Origin: a bacterium
Lineage (GTDB): Bacteria; Margulisbacteria; Marinamargulisbacteria; SXXA01; JAHFDB01
Length of the DNA stretch: 41,270 nucleotides
Assembly (NCBI GenBank): GCA_023249285.1
Contig: JAHFCZ010000001.1
Coordinates: forward strand, 14,706-55,975
Reading direction: 5' to 3'
Shown: in pieces, positions 19,336 through 28,806 of the stretch
Layout of the letters: every line of letters begins with the position of its first letter
How positions within the stretch are numbered: position 1 is the first letter of the stretch
Notes under the pieces: generated by a model
Databases searched by the model: none
Told to the model about the DNA's origin: nothing
Seen by the model: the letters and a program-made list of their open reading frames with translations, nothing else
Program-made: the position numbers and the translations under genes

Positions 19336-19339
19336 TTTG

Positions 19340-19365
19340 ACCGTGTCAGCCGAGAAATTGAGTCT
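19340..19365 (+). repeat. copy B of the 26-bp intergenic repeat (accgYgtcagccgagaaattgagtct)
   Basis: Identical to 6706-6731 except one C/T difference; the 21-nt core is identical. Both copies are intergenic and in the same orientation. Confidence 0.85.
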
Positions 19366-19373
19366 AGGGGGGC

Positions 19374-20492
19374 CTATTGCAGTTGCTTCTGGGCCCAACT
19401 CATCGCCGATGCAATAACCTGGTGCATGTCATAGTAGCGATACTCGGCGAGGCGGCCACCGAAGTGGACCTTGGGTTCGGATTGCGCCAGGGCCTTGTAT
19501 TTTTGGTATAGAGCGTTGTTTTCGGTGTCATTGATAGGATAGTAGGGCTCGACTTTGGGGGTCCAGTCTTGGGGGTATTCCGTGGTGATGACGGTGGTGG
19601 GGGAGAGGGGCTCTGGACCGAGCTGATCAAAATGTTTGTGTTCGATGATCCGCGTGAAGGGAACAGTGGGGTCGGTGTAATTGATCACAGCGTTGCCTTG
19701 AAAATCGGGAATGGGGAGATGTTGGGTTTCAAAGCGTAGGGATCGATAGGCTAAGGGGCCGAATTGGGTATTGAAATACGCATCAATGGGCCCTGTGAAG
19801 AGGATGTGCGGGGCGAGGCTGTCGTAGTGGGGTTTGTCTTTCAGATAATCGACGTTCAGTTGGACTTGGGCGCCTTGGATCATTTTTTCGATCATCGGGG
19901 TGTAACCGCCGATGGGGATGCCTTGAAAGCGGTCGGTGAAGTAGTTATCGTCATAGGTGAGGCGGATCGGGAGGCGCTTGATGATGAAGGCCGGGAGATT
20001 TTTGGGTGGGCGATTCCATTGTTTTTGGGTGTAACCTCGGATAAAAATCTGGTAGAGCTCGTCGCCGACCTGGGCCAGGATCCAGTCTTCTAGATTCTGG
20101 GGGGCAGGATGGGGAATCTGTACCGATTCGAGCTTGGCTTTGGCGTCTTCGGGGGTTTGGACACCCCAGAGCTGGTAGAGGGTCATGAGGTTAATGGGGA
20201 AGGAGAATAACCGGTCCTGATAGCGGACCTTGGGGCGGTTCACAAAATGGTTGAAGGTCGCAAATCGATTGATGTACTGCCAGACTTTTTCGTTGCTGGT
20301 GTGAAAAATATGTGCGCCATAGCGATGTATGGGGATGCCATCGATGGATTCTGTGTAGACATTGCCCCCGATGTGGGGCCGTTTTTCGAGGATTAAAACC
20401 CGACGATTTTTTTCGATATAGTGCTGGGCGACCGTGGCGCCATAAAGACCGCATCCGACAATAACTAGATCAAACTGAGGGGATGACACCAA
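19374..20492 (-). CDS. glf: UDP-galactopyranose mutase
   Basis: FAD-binding fold DLVIVGCGLYG. It also carries YGAHIFHT, QGNAVINYTD, TRIIEHKHF and GGRLAEYRYYDMHQVI, which I recall as closely matching enterobacterial Glf. The start is TTG 20492 or, more likely, GTG 20489 with its AAGGTGA Shine-Dalgarno. Confidence 0.93.
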   Translation of the reverse strand: MVSSPQFDLVIVGCGLYGATVAQHYIEKNRRVLILEKRPHIGGNVYTESIDGIPIHRYGAHIFHTSNEKVWQYINRFATFNHFVNRPKVRYQDRLFSFPINLMTLYQLWGVQTPEDAKAKLESVQIPHPAPQNLEDWILAQVGDELYQIFIRGYTQKQWNRPPKNLPAFIIKRLPIRLTYDDNYFTDRFQGIPIGGYTPMIEKMIQGAQVQLNVDYLKDKPHYDSLAPHILFTGPIDAYFNTQFGPLAYRSLRFETQHLPIPDFQGNAVINYTDPTVPFTRIIEHKHFDQLGPEPLSPTTVITTEYPQDWTPKVEPYYPINDTENNALYQKYKALAQSEPKVHFGGRLAEYRYYDMHQVIASAMSWAQKQLQ

Positions 20493-20518
20493 CTCACCTT
20501 ACCCTTTACAATGGGATC

Positions 20519-21160
20519 ATGACAACCCCCCCTAATTCTAACTTTATTCATCCCACTGCCGTTGTGGGGCCGGATGTTGTGATGGGGGAGGGGAATTACA
20601 TTGGACCGTACTGCGTGGTGTATGGCAAAACGGTATTGGGTCATCGCAATCGATTGGAAGCCCATTGTGCGATTGGAACCCCGCCTGAACATACCCAATT
20701 TTTCACCCATACAGAAGGCGCGGTTCAGTTTGGCGATGACAATGTGGTGCGTGAATTTGTGACCGTGAATGCAGGGATGGCGCATCCCACTGTTTTAGGG
20801 GATCGCAATAGCCTGTTACGCGGGAGTTATCTCGGGCATGACTCGATTGTGGAAAATGATGTAATTTTAGCGCCGAATGCGTTGGTGGGAGGCCATTCGT
20901 ATTTGATGTCGGGATGTTATTTTGGGTTGGCTAGCATGTGTCACCAGTATAGTGTGATTGGGGCTTATGTGATGTTGGGCATGGGAGCTGTGGTCCCGAA
21001 ACATAAAGAGATTCTCCCCTGTCAGATTTTTGTGGGGAATCCGGTGACTTATTTGAAAGAAAATGAAGTGGGAATTCAACGGTGGCAGTTGAGCCCTGCG
21101 GCTATCGCGGCCTTACGGGTCCGATACCATGAATTGGTTGTGAAAGGGCGTCCAGCATGA
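20519..21160 (+). CDS. left-handed beta-helix (hexapeptide-repeat) acyltransferase, LpxA-like
   Basis: IHPTAVVGPDVVMGEGNYIGPYCVVYGKTVLG... forms a series of hexapeptide repeats. The ATG at 20519 is preferred because 20483 would overlap the divergent glf start. Confidence 0.75.
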   Translation: MTTPPNSNFIHPTAVVGPDVVMGEGNYIGPYCVVYGKTVLGHRNRLEAHCAIGTPPEHTQFFTHTEGAVQFGDDNVVREFVTVNAGMAHPTVLGDRNSLLRGSYLGHDSIVENDVILAPNALVGGHSYLMSGCYFGLASMCHQYSVIGAYVMLGMGAVVPKHKEILPCQIFVGNPVTYLKENEVGIQRWQLSPAAIAALRVRYHELVVKGRPA

Positions 21161-21855
21161 AGATTTCAGTATTGGTTCCGACTCGGGGGCGCCCGGACTC
21201 TATGAGTCGCTTGTGGGCGTCGATTGTCGGCACGGTTTCGAGTCCTGGGACTGTTGATTTGGTGTTTTATGTGGATTCGGATGATACGGCGTCTTTGGAT
21301 CGGGTGACCGAGATCGGCTCTCCCTTGGTGCGCGCGATTGTGGGGCCTCGGATTTCGCTCAGTGAAGCGTGGAATGTGTTGGCCCGAGAAAGTGTGGGCG
21401 AGGTGTGTATGCAATGTGGGGATGATGTACTATTTCGGACCCCAAACTGGGATCGGTTGGTTGTGAATGCCTTCGAGGCCTGCCGTGATAAAATCTTATT
21501 TGTCTATGGCCGAGATGGGATTCAGAATGAGAAAATGGGGACTTTAGGGTTTTTGCACCGCAACTGGATTCAAACGGTGGGGTATTTCTTGCCTCCTTAT
21601 TTTTACTCGGATTGCACCGATTTGTGGCTGACCGATGTGGCGAAGCGTGCCGGTCGGGCCAAATATATCGGGGAGATGTTTATTGAGCATTTACACCCCG
21701 CAGCGGGGAAGGCGGCGCTGGATCAGACTCACCAAGAACGATTGGTAAAGCTCAAGGCCGAAAATGCCCTGAAAATTTATTCGGCCTTGAAGTTCAAGCG
21801 CAAAGATGATACTAAGAAATTAAAAGAATTTATAAAAGATTACGCAAAAAGGTAG
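21157..21855 (+). CDS. small GT-A (GT2-like) glycosyltransferase
   Basis: ISVLVPTRGRP start and a YVDSDD acidic motif. The start overlaps the upstream stop (ATGA). Confidence 0.55.
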   Translation: MKISVLVPTRGRPDSMSRLWASIVGTVSSPGTVDLVFYVDSDDTASLDRVTEIGSPLVRAIVGPRISLSEAWNVLARESVGEVCMQCGDDVLFRTPNWDRLVVNAFEACRDKILFVYGRDGIQNEKMGTLGFLHRNWIQTVGYFLPPYFYSDCTDLWLTDVAKRAGRAKYIGEMFIEHLHPAAGKAALDQTHQERLVKLKAENALKIYSALKFKRKDDTKKLKEFIKDYAKR

Positions 21856-21867
21856 GGGAGTTTAGTC

Positions 21868-22758
21868 ATGGTGAATTTAGCGCCTGTTGTTTTGTTTGTG
21901 TATAACCGTCCCGATCATACCCGTCGTACGCTAGCGGCATTGGCTGAAAATGACTTGGCATTTCGGACCCCCTTGATTGTGTATTGTGATGGGCCGAAAA
22001 CGCCGGGAGATCCGAAGGTGTTGGCCGTGCGAGAACTCGTTAAAAATGCGACGGGATTTGTCTCGGTAACCGTGCATGAGCGCGATAAAAACCAGGGGTT
22101 GGCCCCCTCGATTATCTATGGCGTGAGTCAAGCCTTGGCCCAATATGATCGGGTGATTGTGATGGAAGATGATTTGGTGAGCTCCCCTTATTTTTTGACC
22201 TTTATGAATGAGGCGTTGACCCGTTATGGGTCAGTTGAAAAAGTGGGGGCGATTCAAGGCTATATGTACCCCACCACTCGAGAGTTGCCAGAGACCTTTT
22301 TGATGCGGGGTGCGGATTGCTGGGGTTGGGGGACCTGGGCTCGGGCTTGGGAACACTTTAACCCTAAAGGGCAGGCGTTGTTGGATGAGTTGGAGTGTCG
22401 TGGATTGACGGATGAGTTTGACTTGAATGGGGCATACCCTTTTGTCCTCACGTTAAAGAACCAGATTGCGGGCAAAGTGAGTTCTTGGGCGATTCGCTGG
22501 CATGCCAGCTTGTTTGTGAAAGGGATGTTGAGCTTGTACCCCGGACGATCTTTGATTCACAATATCGGCATGGATGGACATGGTACCCATATGGATTGCA
22601 GCGATGCTTTTGGGCAAGGTTTTGCCCAATCTCCGATTGAAATTGACGACATTCCGGTGGAAGAATCCCGGGTCGGGGTCGAGGCGATGCGGGAGTTTTG
22701 GTTGGGCCAAAAGGTGCCGTCCTGGTGGCAACGGATTAAAAAGCAATTGTGCGTTTAA
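21868..22758 (+). CDS. putative GT-A fold glycosyltransferase
   Basis: VVLFVYNRPDHTRRTLAAL followed by VMEDD (a DxD-like motif). This is a pattern I associate with GT-A sugar transferases in LPS/capsule loci; it is recalled, not searched. Confidence 0.5.
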   Translation: MVNLAPVVLFVYNRPDHTRRTLAALAENDLAFRTPLIVYCDGPKTPGDPKVLAVRELVKNATGFVSVTVHERDKNQGLAPSIIYGVSQALAQYDRVIVMEDDLVSSPYFLTFMNEALTRYGSVEKVGAIQGYMYPTTRELPETFLMRGADCWGWGTWARAWEHFNPKGQALLDELECRGLTDEFDLNGAYPFVLTLKNQIAGKVSSWAIRWHASLFVKGMLSLYPGRSLIHNIGMDGHGTHMDCSDAFGQGFAQSPIEIDDIPVEESRVGVEAMREFWLGQKVPSWWQRIKKQLCV

Positions 22759-24467
22759 ACTTTTGTACGCTCTTTGATTCGGGCTATTTGAGTCGAGGAC
22801 TGGCGTTGTATGCCTCCTTGGTTGCACAGGCGAGCCCCTTTCATTTGGTGGTCTTGGCGATGGATGACGCGGCCTACGTTACTCTCACGCGCTTGGATTT
22901 GGCGGATATGACGGTGGTGTCTTTGTCTGAGGTTGAAGATACGGCGTTGTTGCACGTGAAACCAACCCGTTCACGCGGCGAATATTGCTGGACCTGTACC
23001 CCGTGTTTGCTGGATTATGCTTTTCGGACGTACGGGGGAGAGATGTGGACGTATGTGGATGCGGATTTGTACTTTTTTTCAGATCCGCGTGTTTTGATTG
23101 AAGAGATGGGATCGGCCAGTGTGTTGATTACCCCGCATCGGTACACCCAACGCTACGACCAGTCGGCGGTGAGTGGGATTTATTGTGTGCAGTTTATGAC
23201 ATTTTGTCGGACGGCCCAGGGGTTGGCGGTATTAGACTGGTGGAGAAATGCGTGTTTGGACTGGTGTTTTGCGGTGCCCGAGCAGGGGAAGTTTGGGGAT
23301 CAAAAATACCTGGATGATTGGCCGGAACGTTTCGAAGGCGTGCATGTTCTGCAGCACTTGGGTGGGGGAGTGGCCCCCTGGAATGTGCAGCAATATCAGA
23401 TTTATACCCGAGACGGCCAGGTGAGGGGAAAAGAACTTCGAACCGGGGTGGAATTCCCCGTCGTTTTTTATCATTTTCATGCCTTGCACCTCAAGGCAAG
23501 ATTTTGGGTGGATTATGGGGCCTATGCCTTGCGTTGGGGGGCCAAATGGGCATTGTATCGCCCTTATATTAAGGCATTACGGGAGCCTGAATCGGGATTT
23601 TCTGAGCCACAATTGGCTGCGTATGCGACACGACCCTTGAAGGCCAGCGCGGGCAATGCGTGGATTCATGCCCAACTGTTGGGGCCGGACCCCGTGATGA
23701 TTGGACGAATCGGGGGAGTGGAGTGGAGTTGTGTGATGGCGGCAATGGGGCAGCAAGGGCGGGAGTCCCCCCGATTTAAAAAAGGAATCCGGGACCAGAT
23801 GATTGAAAATGCTGGGTTTTTCCCGCCGACCCATGATCAGTTGGCCCGATTTTCGGCAGTGATGGTGGCCTCCGTTGGGCAGGTGGATGGGGTTGCGGTG
23901 TGGGGGAAGCCGCATGAACCCGACTTTATGGCCCAATTTTGCCCCCAAGCGGCTTTGTTTCCCCTGCGATCTTTGGATGGCTATCGATTTGAGGCCCCTT
24001 GGACGGCGGCTTTGGCCGGCAAAAAAGTCTTGGTGATTCATCCCTTTGTGGAGACGATTGCCGCGCAATATGCCCGCCGGGACCGATTGTTTGAGAACCC
24101 CCATACCTTGCCTGAATTTGAACTTAAATTGCTCAAAGCGGTCCAATCTGTAGGCGGGGAGCCTACGCCCTATGCGACGTGGTTTGAGGCGCTAGAGGCG
24201 ATGATTGCGCAGGTTCAGGATATTGATTTTGAGATTGCCTTGATTGGGGCGGGGGCCTATGGGTTTCCCCTGGCTGCTGCGATTAAAAAAATGGGAAAAA
24301 AAGCGGTGCATATTGGGGGGAGTACCCAGATTTTATTTGGGATTAAAGGGCGGCGTTGGGATGCGGATCCGGTTGTGCGATCGTATTACAATGCGTATTG
24401 GGCGCGTGCATCAGTGGCCGAAACGCCACAATTTGCGCAAAAAGTGGAGGGGGCCACGTACTGGTAG
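22749..24467 (+). CDS. two-domain putative glycosyltransferase: N-terminal GT8-like domain plus a C-terminal Rossmann-like domain
   Basis: GTG start. The N-terminal part has LNFCTLFDSGYLSRGLALYASL and YVDADLYFF (DxD). The C-terminal half has GRIGGVEW and IGAGAYGFPLAAAIKKMGKKAVHIGGSTQILFGIKGRRW, loosely reminiscent of DUF1792/GT-D proteins (low certainty). Confidence 0.55.
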   Translation: MRLNFCTLFDSGYLSRGLALYASLVAQASPFHLVVLAMDDAAYVTLTRLDLADMTVVSLSEVEDTALLHVKPTRSRGEYCWTCTPCLLDYAFRTYGGEMWTYVDADLYFFSDPRVLIEEMGSASVLITPHRYTQRYDQSAVSGIYCVQFMTFCRTAQGLAVLDWWRNACLDWCFAVPEQGKFGDQKYLDDWPERFEGVHVLQHLGGGVAPWNVQQYQIYTRDGQVRGKELRTGVEFPVVFYHFHALHLKARFWVDYGAYALRWGAKWALYRPYIKALREPESGFSEPQLAAYATRPLKASAGNAWIHAQLLGPDPVMIGRIGGVEWSCVMAAMGQQGRESPRFKKGIRDQMIENAGFFPPTHDQLARFSAVMVASVGQVDGVAVWGKPHEPDFMAQFCPQAALFPLRSLDGYRFEAPWTAALAGKKVLVIHPFVETIAAQYARRDRLFENPHTLPEFELKLLKAVQSVGGEPTPYATWFEALEAMIAQVQDIDFEIALIGAGAYGFPLAAAIKKMGKKAVHIGGSTQILFGIKGRRWDADPVVRSYYNAYWARASVAETPQFAQKVEGATYW

Positions 24468-25262
24468 TGCGGGTGGATCTCCCCAGCTAAACCGGGACAT
24501 CAGTGGCTTGGCACTGCCTTGAAAATGGAGGGTTCGAAACCGAATTTTCTCGCCTGTTTTTTCTAGAAATCCATAGGGATGTCCGGATTCAACGACGATT
24601 TTTTTGATGGGGCCGTCCATTTGGAAGCCGCCCGGGGCATTGAAGTTGTCATCGGAGCAGATTCCGTCTCGAAGGTCTTCTTGGTGGCGGACTTCGTCGG
24701 GATATTGCGCGCTGAAGAGTCCAAACAACGTCATGTCGGTTACCCCACCGCAGGGCCCCATTTGGGTGGCGCGCAGGTGTTTCAGACGGGTAAGCGTCTC
24801 AGGGTGGGTATAGGTGGTTTCCATAAATTGGCAGAATTTTTCAAGGCTCACCCGGTTTGAAAAGAGGCTGTGGCCGGACTTGGTAAAGGCGTAATAGGGG
24901 CTGGTGGGGTCGCCGACAACGCCTAGTTTGTCACAGGGAAACGCATCATCGAAGAGCATACAATCGCTATCCAGGTGGATGAACTGCGTGAGGTTGTGTT
25001 GGTGGAGGGCCTGGGCCAGCATGAACCATCGATTGAAACAAAACAGCTCAAATTTTTGATCGACGGTGGACAGGTGTTGATAGTGGGCTGTGAATGGTGA
25101 GCCCAGGGTCTTGAGGGGGACCCATTCACTGTCTGCATAGGGTCGATCTGAGAGCGTGAGTATCCGCCTGGGTCCGAAACGTGCTCGTACATGGCTGATG
25201 TTGCCCGGGAGGTAATGGCAAGGGCCTTTATGGATAAAAATAATGGGGGGCGACACGCTCAT
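24411..25262 (-). CDS. hypothetical protein, possible GT-A glycosyltransferase
   Basis: 283-aa ORF with IFIHKG near the N-terminus and a FIHLDSDCMLFDD (DxD-like) motif. Its 3' end overlaps the convergent 572-aa gene by 57 nt. Confidence 0.45.
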   Translation of the reverse strand: MSVSPPIIFIHKGPCHYLPGNISHVRARFGPRRILTLSDRPYADSEWVPLKTLGSPFTAHYQHLSTVDQKFELFCFNRWFMLAQALHQHNLTQFIHLDSDCMLFDDAFPCDKLGVVGDPTSPYYAFTKSGHSLFSNRVSLEKFCQFMETTYTHPETLTRLKHLRATQMGPCGGVTDMTLFGLFSAQYPDEVRHQEDLRDGICSDDNFNAPGGFQMDGPIKKIVVESGHPYGFLEKTGEKIRFRTLHFQGSAKPLMSRFSWGDPPALPVRGPLHFLRKLWRFGH

Positions 25263-25323
25263 TTTGTCTGCAAAAGTGTATCATTTTACTTAGGCATGGT
25301 ATAGTCCAGGCTTATCTCAATAG

Positions 25324-26178
25324 GTGCTTTTTAGGAGAATTTGTGTGGGACAGCCAGGGTTTTTTGCACGAGTAGCGACTGGTTACCGGTGGTTGACCTT
25401 GCTCAATGCGCGACGGACCTTTGCGCTGAGCTATTATCAACCTGCACTCCGGCAGATTCGGAAATGGGTTTTTTGTAATCGTGAATTTACCAACTTTACC
25501 TACGATTTGACGGATTTGAATAAGGCGCAATTGATTGCGCTAGCACAGGTGGTGACCGGGTTGCCCTTGGCCACTTTGGAGGGGTATCTTGCTGAAATTT
25601 TAGGCGATGATGCGCTTCGGCAGCAGGTGATTACGGCAACGCGTGCCTCCGAGTTGTCTTATATGGCGGAGGAGTATTGTGAGTTTTCGCGTCGCATCGG
25701 CTGGTACCTCTTTGTCCGCGCTTTAAAGCCTAAAACAGTGATTGAAACGGGGGTAGATAAGGGGCTAGGTGCAGTGGTGCTGTGTGCGGCGCTCTTGAAA
25801 AATCAGGCGGAGGGTTCCCCTGGCCGGTATTACGGTACGGACATTAACCCCAAAGCCGGCTATTTGCTTCAGGCACCCTATTCTGGTGTGGGTGAAATCT
25901 TGGTGGGCGATTCGATTGAGTCCTTGAAAAAATTCCCCGACCCCATTGATTTTTTTGTGAATGATAGCGACCATTCGGCCACGTATGAGTACCAAGAATA
26001 TGTTGCCATTCAGGATAAATTGTCAGCGCATGCGTTGATCTTAGGGGATAACTCGCATGTCACGGATAGCCTGGTGCGCTTTTCACGCGAGACTGGGCGG
26101 CGGTTCTTGTTTTTTAAAGAATATCCGAAAGATCATTGGTATCCCGGTGGGGGGATAGGGGTTTCCTTTGTCGCTTAA
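25324..26178 (+). CDS. class I SAM-dependent methyltransferase-like protein
   Basis: VIETGVDKGLGAVVL is a motif I-like G-rich loop, followed by YGTDIN and VNDSDHS. The start is non-ATG (GTG 25324) and uncertain. An extended -10 (TG-n-TATAGT, 25297-25305) lies upstream. Confidence 0.6.
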   Translation: MLFRRICVGQPGFFARVATGYRWLTLLNARRTFALSYYQPALRQIRKWVFCNREFTNFTYDLTDLNKAQLIALAQVVTGLPLATLEGYLAEILGDDALRQQVITATRASELSYMAEEYCEFSRRIGWYLFVRALKPKTVIETGVDKGLGAVVLCAALLKNQAEGSPGRYYGTDINPKAGYLLQAPYSGVGEILVGDSIESLKKFPDPIDFFVNDSDHSATYEYQEYVAIQDKLSAHALILGDNSHVTDSLVRFSRETGRRFLFFKEYPKDHWYPGGGIGVSFVA

Positions 26179-27694
26179 GCCGCGCGATACTCTTCGGTCC
26201 GCCTTTTCTCCCTTGATTAACGCTTTGCAAGCGATCGCCCATTGGCGGGGCATCGAAGCCTTGTTGAGTTGGGATCAAGAAACGGTCATGCCCTCAGGTG
26301 CGATTGAGTCTCGGGCCGAGCAAAGTGCCTTGGTTGCGACCTATGCCCACCAGCAATTGGCTTCAGATCGTTTTAGAGGACTCTTGGGGGAATGGGTGGC
26401 CTTGGAGACTGGAAAACCCTATCCCCAAGATTTGAATGCGTTGGAGTCGGCTTTCCTTCGGGAAGTCTACCGTGACTGGCAGTTGGCGACGGCATTGCCC
26501 GCGACCTTTGTGGAGACTTTCACCAAGGCCAAGGCCCGGTCTCAGCATGCCTGGATTGAGGCCCGAAAAAAAGACGCGTTTTCAGATTTTGCGCCCCATT
26601 TGGAATCGATCGTGGCCCTTACTACCCAGCGTGCGGATTATTTGTCCCAGGGACGTGGGACTTACGAGACGCTTCTGGACGAGTACGAGCCTGGCATGAC
26701 CTTGGCGATGCTGAACCCGGTTTTGGATGACTTAAAATCCGAAACTTTACGATTGATGGCAAAAATCCGTCGCCAACCAGAACGGCCGATTTTCCCCCTT
26801 CATGAAAAAGAATGGGATGTTCAAAAACAATGGGAATTTAGCCGAATGGTCTTGCAGGATATGGGTTTTAGCAGTGAGCACGGTCGTTTGGATGCCTCGG
26901 CCCATCCGTTTAGCACCCACATTCACCCGACCGATGTGCGCATTACGACTCGGGTCCGGAGCCACGATTTTCTAGAAGGCCTGAGTAGCACGATGCATGA
27001 ATGCGGCCATGCACTCTATGAGCAAGGTTTGGATACGACGTATTTTGGGACTCCCTTATGCGCGGCTGGCTCTTTTGGGCTCCATGAAAGCCAGTCCCGA
27101 TTTTGGGAAAATGGGATTGGCAAGCACCGGGCGTTTTGGGAGTATTATTTCCCCAAGCTTTGCGCACTGTTTCCCGAGGTCATTCGAGAGTCGGATTTCG
27201 AGTCTTTTTTGGCGGCGCAAAATCAGGTGAAACCGTCTTTAATTCGAGTCCAAGCCGATGAGCTGACCTACAATCTCCATATTGTGATTCGGTATGAGCT
27301 GGAGACGGCCTTATTTTCGGGGGCGTTGTCTGTGAAAGACTTGCCTGGGGCTTGGCGTGAAAAATATCAGTCCTATTTGGGAGTGTCCTCGCCGACGGAT
27401 GCGGATGGGGTAATGCAGGATGTGCATTGGTCTTGTGGGTATTTTGGGTATTTCCCCACCTATTCTTTGGGGAATTTATACGCGGCCATGCTACTCGATC
27501 GGATCGGTCAGGATCTGGATTTGGCGGCCCAATTGCGTAAGGGGCAATTACTGCCGATACGGGAATGGTTAAGGACGCATATCCATTCGGTTGGCCGGCA
27601 GCTGTCAACACAGACGTTGATCCACCAATTGACGGGAAGCAGCCTTTCTTCAGAGTCCTTTGTCCATTATTTGGAATCGAGACATCTTTCCTGA
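26168..27694 (+). CDS. M32 carboxypeptidase (Taq-type metallocarboxypeptidase)
   Basis: HECGHALYE (HExxH), HESQSRFWEN, DVHW and GYFPTYSLGN are the characteristic M32 motifs. TTG start, overlapping the upstream gene by 11 nt. Confidence 0.9.
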   Translation: MSLKPRDTLRSAFSPLINALQAIAHWRGIEALLSWDQETVMPSGAIESRAEQSALVATYAHQQLASDRFRGLLGEWVALETGKPYPQDLNALESAFLREVYRDWQLATALPATFVETFTKAKARSQHAWIEARKKDAFSDFAPHLESIVALTTQRADYLSQGRGTYETLLDEYEPGMTLAMLNPVLDDLKSETLRLMAKIRRQPERPIFPLHEKEWDVQKQWEFSRMVLQDMGFSSEHGRLDASAHPFSTHIHPTDVRITTRVRSHDFLEGLSSTMHECGHALYEQGLDTTYFGTPLCAAGSFGLHESQSRFWENGIGKHRAFWEYYFPKLCALFPEVIRESDFESFLAAQNQVKPSLIRVQADELTYNLHIVIRYELETALFSGALSVKDLPGAWREKYQSYLGVSSPTDADGVMQDVHWSCGYFGYFPTYSLGNLYAAMLLDRIGQDLDLAAQLRKGQLLPIREWLRTHIHSVGRQLSTQTLIHQLTGSSLSSESFVHYLESRHLS

Positions 27695-28806
27695 TCGGCT
27701 TTACGGTATAAATATTCGGTGGTGGCCCATCGGTGAGATTCGATCAGTAAATTGTGGCTGAGTGCTTGCATGTCGAGTGAAATACGATGCGTTGTTGCGA
27801 GCTGCCATAACGCATTTAGTGCGTGGGGGAGTGGACGATTGTGAAAACCGGGAAAGAGGTACTCATAGCATTTGGCATAGCTCTCTTCCCAAAGTTCGGT
27901 GACCATTTTGGTGACATTGGCTTCATACTCAGGGTGTTGAAGTCCTTTACAAAGCGCATCCAGCGCCCATCCTTCGGGGAAGTGAGGTGTTTTTTGGACA
28001 CCCTCTGATGTTTTTTGGATCATTTGGGGGGTGTGATGGATCTTAATTCCCGCTGGGGTACGTTGAATCTCAAGGGAGACGGCAATCCCAAAATTCCATA
28101 AGGGATGCTTGCTATCCCAGTCAAAGTGAAAATTGCCCAAACTGTAATAAATGGGCTTTCCTTGGTAGTCTTCGTAGCCTTGCGGGGTGTGCGTGTGTGT
28201 GGCAATGACTGCATCTGCCCCCGCGTGGATCAGGGCTTGGTATTTTTCTCGCCATTTTGGGAGTGGCCATTGGGTGTCTTCGGCGCCAGCGTGGACGATC
28301 ACGATGACGATATCAACCTGGGACTTGAGCGCGATGAGCGTGGGAATGATCTTGGGGTGATTGATCCAGGCAAATCCACCTTGTCCTTGATTTTGGGAGA
28401 CCCCAAACCCAAATTCAGCGGCAGCTAAGAGCCCGATTTTGAAGTCTTCAATCTGGAGTATCCTTGGGGCATATGCCTCTTCGTGGGTTAGCCCCGCACC
28501 CAGATATTCGTTTGGGCTAACAAATTGACGCAGGGTTTGCGTGAACCCTGCTGCGCCGTAGTCCCAAATGTGATTGTTGGCGAGAGCGAAGGTTGTAAAT
28601 CCGGCGTCTTTTAGGCGTGAAATGCTGGTCAGATCTTGGTCTACGGCGGGGCCCATTTTGGAAAAGGGCGGGGCATTGGAGTTGACGGGGCCTTCCAAAT
28701 TGCAAATGGCGAGGGCATGATCGGATAGCCAGGACTGGAGGTCTTTACTTAGAATGGGCCGTTGCGTTTGTATGCGGATATCGCCAACAATCGCTATTTT
28801 TGCCAT
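27667..28806 (-). CDS. CapA/PGA_cap family metallophosphoesterase-like protein
   Basis: IAIVGDI, CNLEGPV, ALANNHIWDYG, VIVHAGAE, ATHTHTPQG and YSLGNF match the CapA-family pattern. The start is placed at MAKIAIVGD (28806); the track start at 28845 would overlap the upstream gene by 52 nt. Confidence 0.82.
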   Translation of the reverse strand: MAKIAIVGDIRIQTQRPILSKDLQSWLSDHALAICNLEGPVNSNAPPFSKMGPAVDQDLTSISRLKDAGFTTFALANNHIWDYGAAGFTQTLRQFVSPNEYLGAGLTHEEAYAPRILQIEDFKIGLLAAAEFGFGVSQNQGQGGFAWINHPKIIPTLIALKSQVDIVIVIVHAGAEDTQWPLPKWREKYQALIHAGADAVIATHTHTPQGYEDYQGKPIYYSLGNFHFDWDSKHPLWNFGIAVSLEIQRTPAGIKIHHTPQMIQKTSEGVQKTPHFPEGWALDALCKGLQHPEYEANVTKMVTELWEESYAKCYEYLFPGFHNRPLPHALNALWQLATTHRISLDMQALSHNLLIESHRWATTEYLYRKADQERCLDSK

